From: Octopus sinensis
Taxonomy: Eukaryota
Direction of reading: 5' to 3'
Length of the DNA: 64,000 nucleotides
Assembly: GCF_006345805.1 (NCBI RefSeq)
Contig: NC_043003.1
Coordinates: 14,198,001-14,262,000 of the forward strand
Shown: positions 38,956-52,080 of the stretch, piece after piece
Layout of the letters: each line of letters opens with the position of its first letter
Numbering within the stretch: the stretch's first letter is position 1
Notes under the pieces: model-generated
The model's database searches: none
Seen by the model: only the letters and a program-made list of their open reading frames with translations
Told to the model about the DNA's origin: nothing
Translations under genes and position numbers: made by a program

Positions 38956-39533
38956 GAGAAGAGAAATCAGATGTAGGGTTCAAGACAGAAACTGCACTGG
39001 TATGAAGGACGACAGTTGGTTAAAAGAAGTGCAAAAGATTCAAGAGAAAGGAAAAAGTAAAAAAAGGGAAAAAGCAAGGAAGACATTGACAGATGTAATG
39101 GAAACTGATCTCACGATGTCAAGTTTCGCAAAGAGGACGACGAAGGACTTCAATGAGGTGAGAACTGATGCAAGCATGGAAAAGGTATAGAAAATTGGAT
39201 GATGATGATGATGATGACGTAATATCACTCAGTGAAATAGGACCTGGCATGAAGTAATACCTAACTTAACCCAGTTAAACAGTGAGATTGTTTCACAGAA
39301 GAAAACTTTATAATCATACATGACGACACTTAAATTAATATTCTACTGAATAACACACAAAAAAAAAGATCAAAGAAACTATCTTTTTTCAAACTAATTT
39401 AGTTTTCAGGACACCTAATCACTTGAATAGCAATTTTGATCTACTGAAAGACTATATATATGTGTGTGTGTGTGTGTGAGAGAAATAACGAAGGCAGCTA
39501 TACACAATATAAACTGAAAAAAGAAAATTAAAA

Positions 39534-39693
39534 TTGTCACTAATTGTGACTGAGGGTGCCGGGTGGCACCTACATTGCTAGAAATAAGAGTTTAAAAAAA
39601 ACCATTGTTCTTTTTTGTGACTCTAAGAGGTTTTAACACTTATTTCTAGCAACGTAGGTGCTACCCTGCAACCTCAGTCACAATTAGTGACAA
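39534..39693. mobile_element. Fold-back MITE with about 63-bp inverted arms
   Basis: ttgtcactaattgtgactgagg...gctagaaataag / cttatttctagc...cctcagtcacaattagtgacaa; five substitutions and one indel. Confidence 0.8.
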
Positions 39694-39936
39694 CTGAATA
39701 CACACACACACAAACAAACAAACACATATATGAAAGCTTTAGGGCCTTGTGGGAAAGGTGTTGGGAGCATAACTGCTAGGCTGTGGATTTGACACACTGT
39801 GTCCTTCAGCAAGACATTTCATGTTGTTCCTGTACACCAAGCCAAAAAAGGAATGCCAGTGGTACTGTACTTAAAACAGGCATCTTGAAAATCCAAGCAA
39901 CATCCAACCCCCAGCTTCGTATTTCTGCAGGCTTAA

Positions 39937-40127
39937 CCTTTTCGTTACCAACCCGGCTGAAACCAGCTCTGGCTCTGTAGTACAAATTTCTCGTTTTCAT
40001 AAGCTTTAAATTAAAATCTTCCACCAAACCTTAGTCACAATTTATGTTCCTAACCAAATTTTTTGTTGTATTTAAAGTAATTGAAAGAAAAACAGAGCAT
40101 CTCAAAATAAATACAGTAACGAAAGGG
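39937..40127. mobile_element. piggyBac MITE family 1
   Basis: TTAA at 39933-39936 and 40128-40131. Confidence 0.9.
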
Positions 40128-40569
40128 TTAAGGCAAACTATAAATATGTGTGGTTCGGAAGTTTGTCTCCCAATCACAAGGTTTCTGGTTCAGTCCAACT
40201 GTGTTACATTGGGCAAGTGTCTACTACTACAACTCTGGGACATCAAAATCCTTGTCAATGGATTTGATAGACAAAAACTGGAAGAAGCCTGCTGTGTGTG
40301 TGTGTTTCTCCCTCCTTGTCTTGACAGCACATCAAGTAGTAAATAAGCATTAACATCTTAAAAGTGGTGTCCTTCACCTCAAGTCTTCCATAAAAGCATG
40401 AGGTATATTGCCTTGCCTGGAAACAGTTTAAGGTTGGTGACAGGAAGGGCACCTGGCTATAGAAAATAAGCCGCAACAATCCTGTTCAGACCATGTGAGG
40501 ATGGAACAGTGGATGTTAAAAATGATACCATATATTCCAATTCATGTTCATTGATTCAATGAAAAAAAG

Positions 40570-41200
40570 TGCCGGATGCAAAATTATACAAAGGTAGACT
40601 CAAGAAAACATGGGACGAAGTGGTAAGAAAGGATCTTCAGGCATTGGGCCTCATAGAGGAGATGACAAGGAACTGAGATTTCTGGTGGTTGACTGTACTT
40701 GAGAAGACATGTCAAGCTGAGTAAAACCATGGCCATCCATCCATACATACATGCATGTCTTTTATGTTCCTCTTTCAGCCGAGAGATCCCTATCTTCAGG
40801 CCTTGCAGGAGTTGGTGTCACATAAAAGCACTTGTCTCGGTGCCGTGTAGAAGCACCAGTGCCAGTTCCACATGTAAGCACCTGCTGATGGCACATGAAA
40901 AAAGACATTCAAGTGTGGTCGTTGCCAGTGCCACTGGACTGGCTTCTGTGCAAGTGGCACATAAAAAACACCATTTGAGCGTGGCCGTTGCCAGTACCAG
41001 CTGACTGGCCCTCGTGCCGGTGGCACGTAAAATCACCCACTACACTCTCAGAGTGGTTGGCATTAGGATGGGCATCCAGCTGTAGAAACTCTGCCAGATC
41101 GGATTGGAGCCTGGTGCAGCCATCAGGTTCACCAGTCCTCAGTCAAATCGTCCAACCCATGCTAGCATGGAAAGCAGACATTAAACGATGATGATGATAC
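40570..41200 (+). mobile_element. RTE LINE ORF2 C-terminus joined to the full 3' UTR
   Basis: KGRLKKTWDEVVRKDLQALGLIEEMTRN* then gcac...taaaa subrepeats, catgctagcatgg and (gat)n. Confidence 0.88.
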
Positions 41201-42473
41201 AAGGTACCACAGAAAATGCACCCAGTACAACCTGTAAACTGGTTGACATTCAGCCATGGAACCATGACAAAACAGACAATTGGAGCCTGGTGCAGCTCTC
41301 AAACAGGCGAGTTCTTGACAAACTGTACAACCCATGCCAGCATGAAAAACAGACGTTAGCTGATGATGAGATGTAAAAAGGTTTATCCCCTAAAATATGG
41401 TAAGATAGCATATTTATATATCTGATAAATATTATATCCAACAGAGACATAAAATATAAATAAATAAATGAATAAAATCACTGTCTTTATTTGAAAAAAA
41501 AAAAAAAGAAAAGACCAGTTATTCATGTTGAAAGTCTAGTCCACAACTCTAACCTCATTACAGGTCAGTACTTGTTTCACTAGCAAGTCAGCAAGCACTG
41601 CAATATATAAACAAATCTTCACATCCTCACCACTTGATAGCTTTTGTTTTTCTTTTTCACCCTCAGTCTAGTTGCTTCCCAGAAAAGACAAGCTCACACA
41701 TTTTAACAAATTATAAAAAGCTACAGAACAGGTTTAATCCTAACAAAGGCTATGCTTTTTTCTTTTTCTTTCTTTTCTTTCTAAGTGAATAGCAAAGTAT
41801 AAAAGAGAGCTGTGTAACCAATACCACCTGATAACACTGCCCCAATCAACAATCAAAGCTTTAAGCTGTTAGGTGAAAGAAAAAGACCATGTTGTGTATG
41901 AATACGAATGATATGTTTTACAATAATCAACAAAAGGCATGGCTGGGTGGTAAGAAGCTTGCTTACCAACCACATGGTTATGCGTTCAGTCCCACTGTGT
42001 GGCACCTTGGGCAAGTGTCTTCTGCTATAGCCTCGGGCTGACCAAAGCCTTGTGAGTGGATTTGGTAGACGGAAACCGAAAGAAGCCCGTCATAATATAT
42101 GTATATATATTGTGTTTGTGTGTGTATTGATATATAACATATGGTATAATTATAAACAGGGTAAATTTTAGCCATTTCTTCACAGACTGAAAAAACAATG
42201 AACAACCTTAATCAATTTCCGAACCTTATTGGGTTCTCATAAGGGGTATCTACATCATTCTGACAGTCCCCAGAGAAACAAGCAGCCAAACTGTTTATAT
42301 ACTCAATAAATGCAGTAGTTACTCTATGAAGGAGTCCCTAATTTGCATACCGAAAGTGTTTAACACTCTATAAATAGTATATATATATATGTGTGTGTGT
42401 GTGTATGTGTATGTTATAATATAATATCTAATATTATAATATATATATATTCTATATATATATACATACACAT

Positions 42474-42611
42474 CATATAGACAAAACTTGTCCTTGCCTT
42501 CGAAACGTGGAGTAGATGAAAGGACAACATACAACATACAATATGTATATATATATATATCATCATCATCATCATCGTTTAACGCCCATTTTCCGCGCTA
42601 GCACGGGTTGG

Positions 42612-42659
<48 letters not shown>

Positions 42660-42824
42660 ATATATATATATACATACATACATATAGACAAAACTTGTCC
42701 TTGCCTTCGAAACGTGGAGTGGAGTAGATGAAAGGACAACATACAACAACAAATATGTATATATATATATATCATCATCTCATCATCGTTTAAAACGCCC
42801 ATTTTCCGCGCTAGCACGGGTTGG

Positions 42825-42830
<6 letters not shown>
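42474..42830. repeat. 207-bp tandem duplication of a composite repeat fragment
   Basis: acaaaacttgtccttgccttcgaaacgtgg at 42481 and 42688. Confidence 0.92.
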
Positions 42831-42878
<48 letters not shown>

Positions 42879-43095
42879 CTACAAAATTAGAAAATGGAGA
42901 GAAACATACTTAATCAATAAAACATCAACTAACAGATGATACCAATCATACTTTATTACACCATTACATTCAGTAAAGGCATTATACAAAATATATAGTA
43001 AATATAAATAGACCAGGAAAAGAACCCCTATCTCATTTTATAACCTATATATATATATATATATTATATGTATATTATATATATGATATATATAT

Positions 43096-43126
<31 letters not shown>

Positions 43127-45408
43127 GCTCGTCTGGCACCTGTGTGTGGTGCACATAAAAAGCACCCACTACACTCACGGAGTGGTTGGCGTTAGGAAGG
43201 GCATCCAGCTGTAGAAACACTGCCAGATCTGACTGGCCTGGTGCAGCACTTCGGGCTTCCCAGACCCCAGTTGAACCGTCTAACCCATGCTAGCATGGAA
43301 GCGGACGTTAAAACGATGATGATGATGATGATGATGATGATATCAATGTGTGTGTCTTTGTTTCTGTGTTTGTCCCACCAACACTTGACAACTGGTGCTG
43401 GTGTGTTTACGCGACTGTAACTTAGCGGTTCAGCAAAAAAAAAAATAATAGAATAAGTACAAGGCTTTAACAAAGTAAGTCCTGGGGTCGATACATTCAG
43501 CTAAATAAGTTCTTCAAAGCGATGCCCAGCATGGCCACAGTCTAATCACTGAAACAAGTAAAAGTAAATCTAATTTTTTCAGTTCCTTTTAATAATCCTT
43601 TCTCCTAAAAGAACAAAGCCTGAAATTTTCTCATGGATATAACTATTTGATTACAACGAGCCCCAGTGTTCAACTGGTACTTATTTTATTGACCCAGAAA
43701 GGATGAAAGTCCAAGGCACAGTGCAATAAAAGTACGAGGGGCTCTTCTGGCTCTTTTTACACACAAGACCCATTGTTTTCTCAATAATTATTTTCAGAAC
43801 ATCAGAGTTGCTGAGCAGATTACAAACAATAATTTCTTAAGTCCACCCTACATTTTAACAGTTCCTTTAGAATGGTTGGTGAAACAAAAATGTCTTTTAT
43901 GCTCACTTTCCTGTACCTTGAGGGTTTGCTCTGGCACCCATGACTACCACCTTATCTTCTTCCCAGCTACTCTCACCCACCCTTATATAAGGTGGGATAG
44001 CCATGTATCTTCTCTGTAGGAAGAGCCCTGTTCTTGTCCCTCTATCATACATTAACCTCTTGACACCTGGCATAAAGTCACCTCCCTACTCTCAAAAACC
44101 CTTCCCCACTTTGTAAAGGGGATTTTTTTCTTTTTTCCTTTTCTTGCCTCATAAGTTATTTGGCAACCTCACTAGTGTTGATGGTATGAAAAACAAACAA
44201 AAAAAAGCATTTGGTACACACTGAAAAGTGGTTGGCATTTATTAGGAAGGGCATCCACCTGTAATAACCTTGCCAAAGCTGATCCTGGAGCTCAACCACA
44301 GCCTTGCAGGTTGCTAGAGCCTTTCAAACCATCCAACCCATGCCAGCATGGAAAATGGATGTTACATGCTACATAATGACGATGATGATGATGGTGATGA
44401 TGATATCACCTGTTACTTCATATCTCCATCAATCATTCGTTTAAAGCACCTATCTTGGCACAAGTTAGTTGGTTTTCCATTCGTCTACATTTCACACCTC
44501 TTATCAAAAATTAACACAATGTTGCCATGTAATTCAGATTTAATAATATATATGTGTTCTTCTTGTATTTTTCTTTTTAATGTAATTTGAAGAGTTATTT
44601 ACAACGCGATAGCTTTCCTAGAACTAACCAGGGTTTCTACAGAATGAGAATAAATAGTCAGATTACAGGCTGGTGGGGGGGGGAATAACTGTAGCTATCT
44701 CTTTTAAGCGATTTTAAGAATTATTAGAGAACTACATCACTCAATTAACAAAACTAATACATGATCCCCTCAGAAAGTGAAACTAATAATGGTCTTAACT
44801 ATGGGGGGGTCCTGGGGGGGTTGATATCCAATGGGATAATAAGTACTTCACCTAAACATTTTTTTTATGTTCCTTTTTTTTTTTTTTTGACTTGTTTCAG
44901 TCATTCGGATGCGATTATACTGGGGCACTGCCCCAAAGGGTTTAGTAGGGCAAACAAACCCCCGTATTTACTTTTTAAGCCTAATACAGGCACTGCTTTG
45001 AAGGGTTTAGGTGAACTGTAGTTATTTTCATTTTAAACCTTGTGGTTATTCTGTCGGTTTCATTTCCTGAACTGCTAAGTTACAGGGATATAAATAGACC
45101 ACCACCGGCTGTCAAGAGGTGGTGGGGGACAAACACATATACAATGACACGCACACATAAATATATATCCGAATGAGATCGATGCCTGGCCCACCTGACT
45201 GGCTCCTGTGCCGGTGGTACATGAAAAGCACCCACTACACTCTCAGAGAGGCTGGCACTAGGAAGGGCATCCAGCTGTAGAAACAGAGCCAGATCAGCTT
45301 GGAGCCTAGTGCAGCCACTGGCACTCCAGACCTCAGTCAAACCGTCCAACCCATGCCAACATAGAAAGCGGACGTTAAACGATGATGATGATGATGATGA
45401 TGATTCTT

Positions 45409-45451
<43 letters not shown>

Positions 45452-45493
45452 GCACCTCTTTTAATTAGTTGTTATGCCTAGCAAAGCAATATC

Positions 45494-45775
45494 ATTATGT
45501 ACATTATTTACATTTGACGGATATTTGTCCGCATCTTTGTTGTTAACATGTTTCGCTTGATATACCCTCCAGCCTTCATCAGGTGTTTTGGGGAAATTTC
45601 GAACCTGGGTTCTCATCCTAAGATATTTTTCGATGTTATCATTATTATTTGAACCTGAGTTTGAAATTTCCCCAAGACACCTGATGAAGGCTGGAGGGTA
45701 TATCAGCCGAAATATTGTGTTAACAACAAACAAGATGAGAACAAATATCTGTCAAATGTAAATAATGTACATAAT
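45494..45775. mobile_element. Penelope-like element remnant as a long inverted repeat
   Basis: Arms 45494-45600 and 45663-45775 are reverse complements with scattered mismatches; each carries CTGATGA...GAAA. Confidence 0.75.
45676..45721 (+). ncRNA. Minimal type I hammerhead ribozyme motif, probably decayed
   Basis: GACAC-CUGAUGA-A-GGCUG(10-nt loop)CAGCC-GAAA-UA-UU-GUGUU; helix I and helix II pair. Confidence 0.6.
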
Positions 45776-45852
45776 TCCTCATCTTTTAAATACAGAACTG
45801 TAAAGCAATATCAGTAAATAAGCAAGTGCTGATAACTCAAAATGGATGCAAC

Positions 45853-46415
45853 TCATAGAAGAGTATGTGTGTGTATATTGACTAATGCATACATTTCCAC
45901 AATTCTCAACTGATTTTCACCAAGCTTTATACACACATTACCTATGTGCCAAGGATGGTCATGCACTATAACATTTTGCCCAGAGCTCCTGCATAAATGG
46001 ACAAACCGGGAAAAACAGTGATTTACACAGGTTTTTCTCAAATTCGCTGTTTATATATAGATTTTTTGTATGTAGAGTCTTCCATACTTTTTTAATCTCT
46101 ATGGTCATATATTGGCATTAGAGAATATTCTTTTAGTGGTTTTCACATTTTTTTGATTGATTATTTATTTATATGTTGTAATTGTGTATTATTACTTTCT
46201 ATATTTTTTATATGTCTATTGGTGTATATTGTTTGAGGGGTTTTGGTTAGAGAATATTACAAAAGTGAAAGAATTTTGTCAATTTATTTCCATACTTTTT
46301 TAATCTATATGGTTGTATATTTGCATTACAGAATATTTTTTAGCTGTTTCCACAATTTTTTGATCTATTATTTATTTATATGTTAAACCGTCCAAAGGAC
46401 GGGTGCATTTGCTAG
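45853..46415 (+). mobile_element. Non-autonomous Helitron, 5' end uncertain
   Basis: 3' hairpin ccgtcc-aaa-ggacgg (46388-46402) then CTAG|T at 46412-46416; internal duplicated AT-rich block. Confidence 0.6.
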
Positions 46416-47290
46416 TTTGTTTATAAAATACAGTAAGAACCAAGCACTGAATTTGGTTGCCAGATACTATGGAAACCTAGTCTGTGTGTCCCCTATCACC
46501 ACCTGGCAACCAGTTTTGGTGTGTCCACATCCCCTTAACTTAGTAGATACAAGCTTCTAGTTTCAGGTTCAGTTGAACTGTGTGGCATCTTAGACAAATG
46601 TCTTCTACGATAGCCCTGGGTAACCAAAGCACTGTGAGTAAATCTGGTTGATAGAAACTGCAATAAGTTCATCATGTATATGTGTGTGCATGTGTGTGTG
46701 TATGTATTTGTGTGTGTGAGTGTGTATGTTATCATCATCGTTTAACATCCGCTTTCCATGCTAGCATGGGTTGGACGATTTTGACAGACAGCTGGCGAAC
46801 CAGATGGCTGCACCAGGCTCCAATCTTGATCTGGCAGAGTTTCTACAGCCAATATGTATGTATGAATTTATGTGTGTCTGAGAATGTGTAACTGTATGTC
46901 TGTGTTTCCTCTTAACATCACATAATTGTAAATGAATTTCATTTCCAAGATCCTGCAAAAATATGTCTGGCCACAGATAAATATTAACTTGCTTGAAAAC
47001 AGGTGAGAGTTAGTGACAGGAAGGGCATCCAGTCATTGGTCATCAAAAATCTGCCTCAATAAAACTCTGTAGAACCCATGCAAGCATGGAAAGGTAGACA
47101 TTACAATGATGATGATGATGATATATGATCTGACCAAAGTCCATGCACAATCCTGCCTTCACTGCCAGTGAATAACAAGCAGCCTGGTCAAAAATTATGA
47201 TCAATTAACTGTCAGTCACACATAGTCTCCCTCGGAATTTTAATAACAAAAACATTTTAGAAGATGACTAAATACTGACATGCATATATT

Positions 47291-47515
47291 ATTTCTTTAT
47301 TGCCCACAAGGGGCTAAACATAGAGGGAACAAAGAAGGACAGACAAAGGGATTAAGTCGATTATATCAACCACAGTGTGTAACTGGCACTTAAGTTATCG
47401 ACCCCCGAAAGGATGAAAGGCAAAGTCGACCTCGGTGGAATTTGAACTCAGAACGTAATGGCAGACAAAATACCGCTAAGCATTTCGCCCGGCGTGCTAA
47501 CATTTCTGCCAGCTT
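47291..47515 (-). mobile_element. SINE family C with about 17-bp TSD
   Basis: act(g/a)acatgcatatat on both sides. Confidence 0.9.
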
Positions 47516-48079
47516 ACTAACATGCATATATGCATGCGAGTAACATGTGCACATACGTATCACTGTGTGTGCTAAAATAAGACTTCAAAACTAAGAAACT
47601 GATTCAGAAAATAGAGATATTTTATGAAACAGATTAAGAGAAGCGTACAAACTAAATGAAAAAAAAAAAAGCCTAGAAAACAAAAATTCAGTACATAAAA
47701 AAAAATAACCTGAAGACTAATTGAAAAAAATACAAACGCACAAAGAAAAAATAGAATGAAATACTAAGAATTCAGATACAGCAAAAATTAAAATACCCAA
47801 AAAGAAAAAAAAATGAGAAAACTGGAAAAACAAAAAAAGACCAATTTTATTTCAACTCTTGTGTTGAAAACAAAATAAAAATTCAAAATATTATAATATA
47901 AACTAGGGAGGCAATAATAAAATCGCTGTTGCTAACATGAGTAACTTTTGTGAAAACATCCATTTCTGTGAAATGATTAATAGCAAAATGTAAAAAGCGT
48001 CTTATTTCATTATTTCAATTCACAGAAGAAAACGTGGCACACCCACCCCACCCTACCACTGCTGCTGCCAACACTATAT

Positions 48080-48292
48080 TGCCACTTTCCACATGCACAG
48101 ATTTCATATATACAAGCACACACACGCGCACATACATACATCATAAATACACACACACATATATATTTATGCATATATATAGATATATATATACATATAT
48201 ATACACACATACATATATAGTCATATACATATATATTCATTCATATATTCACACACACACACACACGCACATATACATACATACACGCATGC

Positions 48293-48329
<37 letters not shown>

Positions 48330-48630
48330 CATACAGACAAACATGCATACATACATGCATTCATATGCATACATACACACATACATATATACACACACAT
48401 ATACATATGCACACATACAGATATATATTTACACACACGCATATATATACACACACACATATATATCTCTCCATATATACATATACACATTTGCATACAT
48501 ATATACACACATACCTGTATATAAATATACACACACACACATTTACATATATATCCATACAGACACACACACACACACACACACACACGCGCGCATATAT
48601 ATACATCCCCATACACACACATATATAAAC
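48080..48630. repeat. (CA)n/(TA)n microsatellite block
   Basis: Direct reading. Confidence 0.95.
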
Positions 48631-49124
48631 ACTATTTTAATTAGGATACTTGATAATATAAGATTCTTAACATACCATGCCAATCACTTCATTCTGCTAC
48701 ACAAGATGCATTAGCATACTTTCAAAGAACACCACACTTTGTTCTTGACAGTTATTATCACCTTTTATCAGGAAATATCTATCCACCACACTCAGCTAAA
48801 TTGTGCACATGCATGTGGGTGTGTATAACGCTGTATGCACGATATATACCCACACATTTTTTATTTAAATATATATGTGCATCATCGCCATTATGCATCA
48901 GCTTTCCATGCTTGCATGAGCCGGTAAAGCATGTGGGTTGGACAGGATATACATATATACATAGAGACACACATACAGACATACACAAATATACATGCAA
49001 TTATGTATCTGGCATGCTTTCGATTATGACAACGAGGTTTCCGGTTGCTCCGGTCAACGGAACAGCCTGCTCACGAAATCAATGTGCAAGTGCTTGAGCA
49101 CTGCACAAACACGCGTACGCTTAA

Positions 49125-49573
49125 CCATTTCGAAACCAACCCAGCTGAAACCAACTCTGGCTTTGTGGTACAAATGTCTTGTTTAAAATCTTCCACCAAA
49201 CCTTAGTCACAATTTATGCTCCTAACATTAGCTTAATGATGACTAAGTTATTTTACTAAATTCTTTGTTATATTTAAAATTAATTGAAAGAAACACAGAG
49301 CATCTCAACAGAAATATGGTAACAAAAGGGTTAAAATATATACTAGAGAAATAATTCTTAACCCTTTCATTACCAACCCAACTAAAACCTGCTCTGGCTC
49401 TGAGTCTTGTTTTCATAAGTTTTGAATTAAAATCTTCCACCAAACCTTAGTCACAATTTATGTTCCCAACACTAGCTGAATGATAACAAAGTTGTTTTAC
49501 TAAATTCTTTGTTATATTTAAAGTAATTCAAAGAAACACAGAGCATCTCAACAGAAATACAGTAATGAAAGGG
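49125..49573. mobile_element. Two same-orientation piggyBac MITE family 1 copies (49125-49330, 49362-49573) inside a SINE
   Basis: TTAA at 49121, 49331, 49358, 49574; SINE sequence on both outer sides. Confidence 0.9.
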
Positions 49574-49918
49574 TTAATGTAGTCCTCAGGGAGATTCAGC
49601 ATGAGACAGAACGTGAGGCAAGGCTGACCCTTTGAAATACAGGTACTAATCATCTTTGCCTGCTGAGTGGACTAGAGCAATGTGTAAAATGAAGTGTCTT
49701 GCTCAAGGACACAACACATCACTGGAAATTGAACTACCCAAACCAGTAAGTCATATATGTATGTATGCACACACAAATACCTGTGCATATATATATATAT
49801 ATATATATGCACACACACACACACACACACATCATAGATGGAAGAAGTCAGTTGAATAAAGATGCGCAAGTGATCCAAGTCGAAAGAAAACCTCCAGTAG
49901 AGGCAGGCATGGTAAAAT

Positions 49919-50700
49919 CTTTACAGAGTGAATAAAGTGTTTTTTATATGGCACCAGCACTGGTGAGGTCTGTTATTGCATGGTCTTCACGGCTAGATGT
50001 CCTTCCTAACACCAATCATTTTACAAACTAGATTGGGTACTTTTTACATGGTACCAACACCAGCTATGTCTGTTATGGCATGCTTTTCATGGCTAGATGC
50101 CCTTCCTGATGCCAACCACTTTAGAGAGAGAATAAAGTGTTTTTTACATGGCACCAGCACCGGTGAAATCTGTTATAGCATGGTTTTCACGGCTAGATGT
50201 CCTTCCTAACACCAATCATTTTACAAAATGGATTGGGTACTTTTTACATGGTACCAACACCAGCTAGGTCTGTTATGGCATGCTTTTCATGGCTAGATGC
50301 CCTTCCTAATGCCAACCACTTTAGAGAGTGAATAAAGTGATTTTTACATGGCACCAGCACTGGTGAGGTCTGTTATCGCATGGTCTTCACAGCTAGATGT
50401 CCCTCCAAACATCAGTCATTTTACAAAATGGATTGGGTACTTTTTACATGGTACCAACACCAGCTAGGTCTGTTATGGCATGCTTTTCATGGCTACATGC
50501 CCTTCCTAACACCAATCATTTTACAGAGTGCACTGGGTGCTTTTCACATGGTATCAGCACCCGCAAGGTCTGTGTTTCAGCATGGTTTTTATAACAGAAT
50601 GGCCTTCCTGACACTAACCACTTTACAAAGTGGACTGGCGGCTTTTCACATGACATCAGCATAAGATAGATTTGTTAAAGTATGTTTTCTTACAGCTGAA
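49919..50700 (-). repeat. 100-bp monomer tandem array with A/B dimer structure, derived from RTE 3' UTR
   Basis: cta(g/c)atg at 49993, 50093, 50193, 50293, 50393, 50493; alternate monomers share diagnostic bases. Confidence 0.93.
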
Positions 50701-51129
50701 TGCCATTCCTACTACCATATTTGAAATTTCCATTTTTTAACCTTTAAGAAACACGCATAATTTGCACAAAGTATTTAAACGATGAGGCACATTAAATTTT
50801 AGCACTGATCTCATTCACATTCAATCGTACAATCCTGTATAAGTTACATAATCGAAAATACTTACTACAAGAACAGTATTATACTACGCTTCCATTTATC
50901 CATAGTGCTTTTTTAAAATTTATTTTGCAAGATTTTTTTTTCAGAGAAAAAGACAAAACAAAAAGCACGTAAGCTATTTTACTTAAAGCAACTTTTAACT
51001 TTCTCAACATAATCAGTTCTGCTAAACAATATTCTACTATATATAATGACATCAAGGATAGGCAAAGTGAAGTAGACATTTACTACCTAATATATAACAA
51101 TGCAGGCACAAAAAGAAGAGGAGAAATGG

Positions 51130-51234
51130 AAATATATATATTATATATATATAATATATATATTATATATATACACACATATACATATGTATATATATAT
51201 ACATACATATATACATATATATATATATACATAC

Positions 51235-51267
<33 letters not shown>

Positions 51268-51445
51268 CATACATACATACATATATATATATACATACAT
51301 ATATACATATATACACATACATATATACATACATACATATATATATACACACACACACACATATATTATATACACACACACATATATATATATACACACA
51401 CACATATATATATATATACACACACATATATATATATACACACAC

Positions 51446-51494
<49 letters not shown>

Positions 51495-51724
51495 TATATA
51501 TATATATACACACACACATATATATATATACACACACATATGTATATATATATACACACACACATATATATATGTATATATATATATATACATATATATA
51601 TACACATATATATGATGTATATATATATATATACATACATACATACATATATATATATGTGTGTGTGTATTTATATATGTATGTGTGTGTACATATATAT
51701 ATATGTGTGTGTGTATGTATATAC

Positions 51725-51758
<34 letters not shown>

Positions 51759-51779
51759 CTATAATGTAGATATATATAT

Positions 51780-51810
<31 letters not shown>

Positions 51811-51883
51811 CATATAATATATATACACATATAATGTATATATATACACACATATATATAATGTATATATATATACACATATA

Positions 51884-51929
<46 letters not shown>

Positions 51930-52023
51930 GTGTGTGTGTATGTATATACATATATATATATAATCTGTGTAGATATATATGTATATATCTATATCCATAT
52001 GTGTGTGTAGGTAGGTAGGTACA

Positions 52024-52061
<38 letters not shown>

Positions 52062-52080
52062 CAAACATATATATGTATCA
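51130..52080. repeat. (TA)n/(CA)n/(TG)n microsatellite block
   Basis: Direct reading. Confidence 0.95.
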
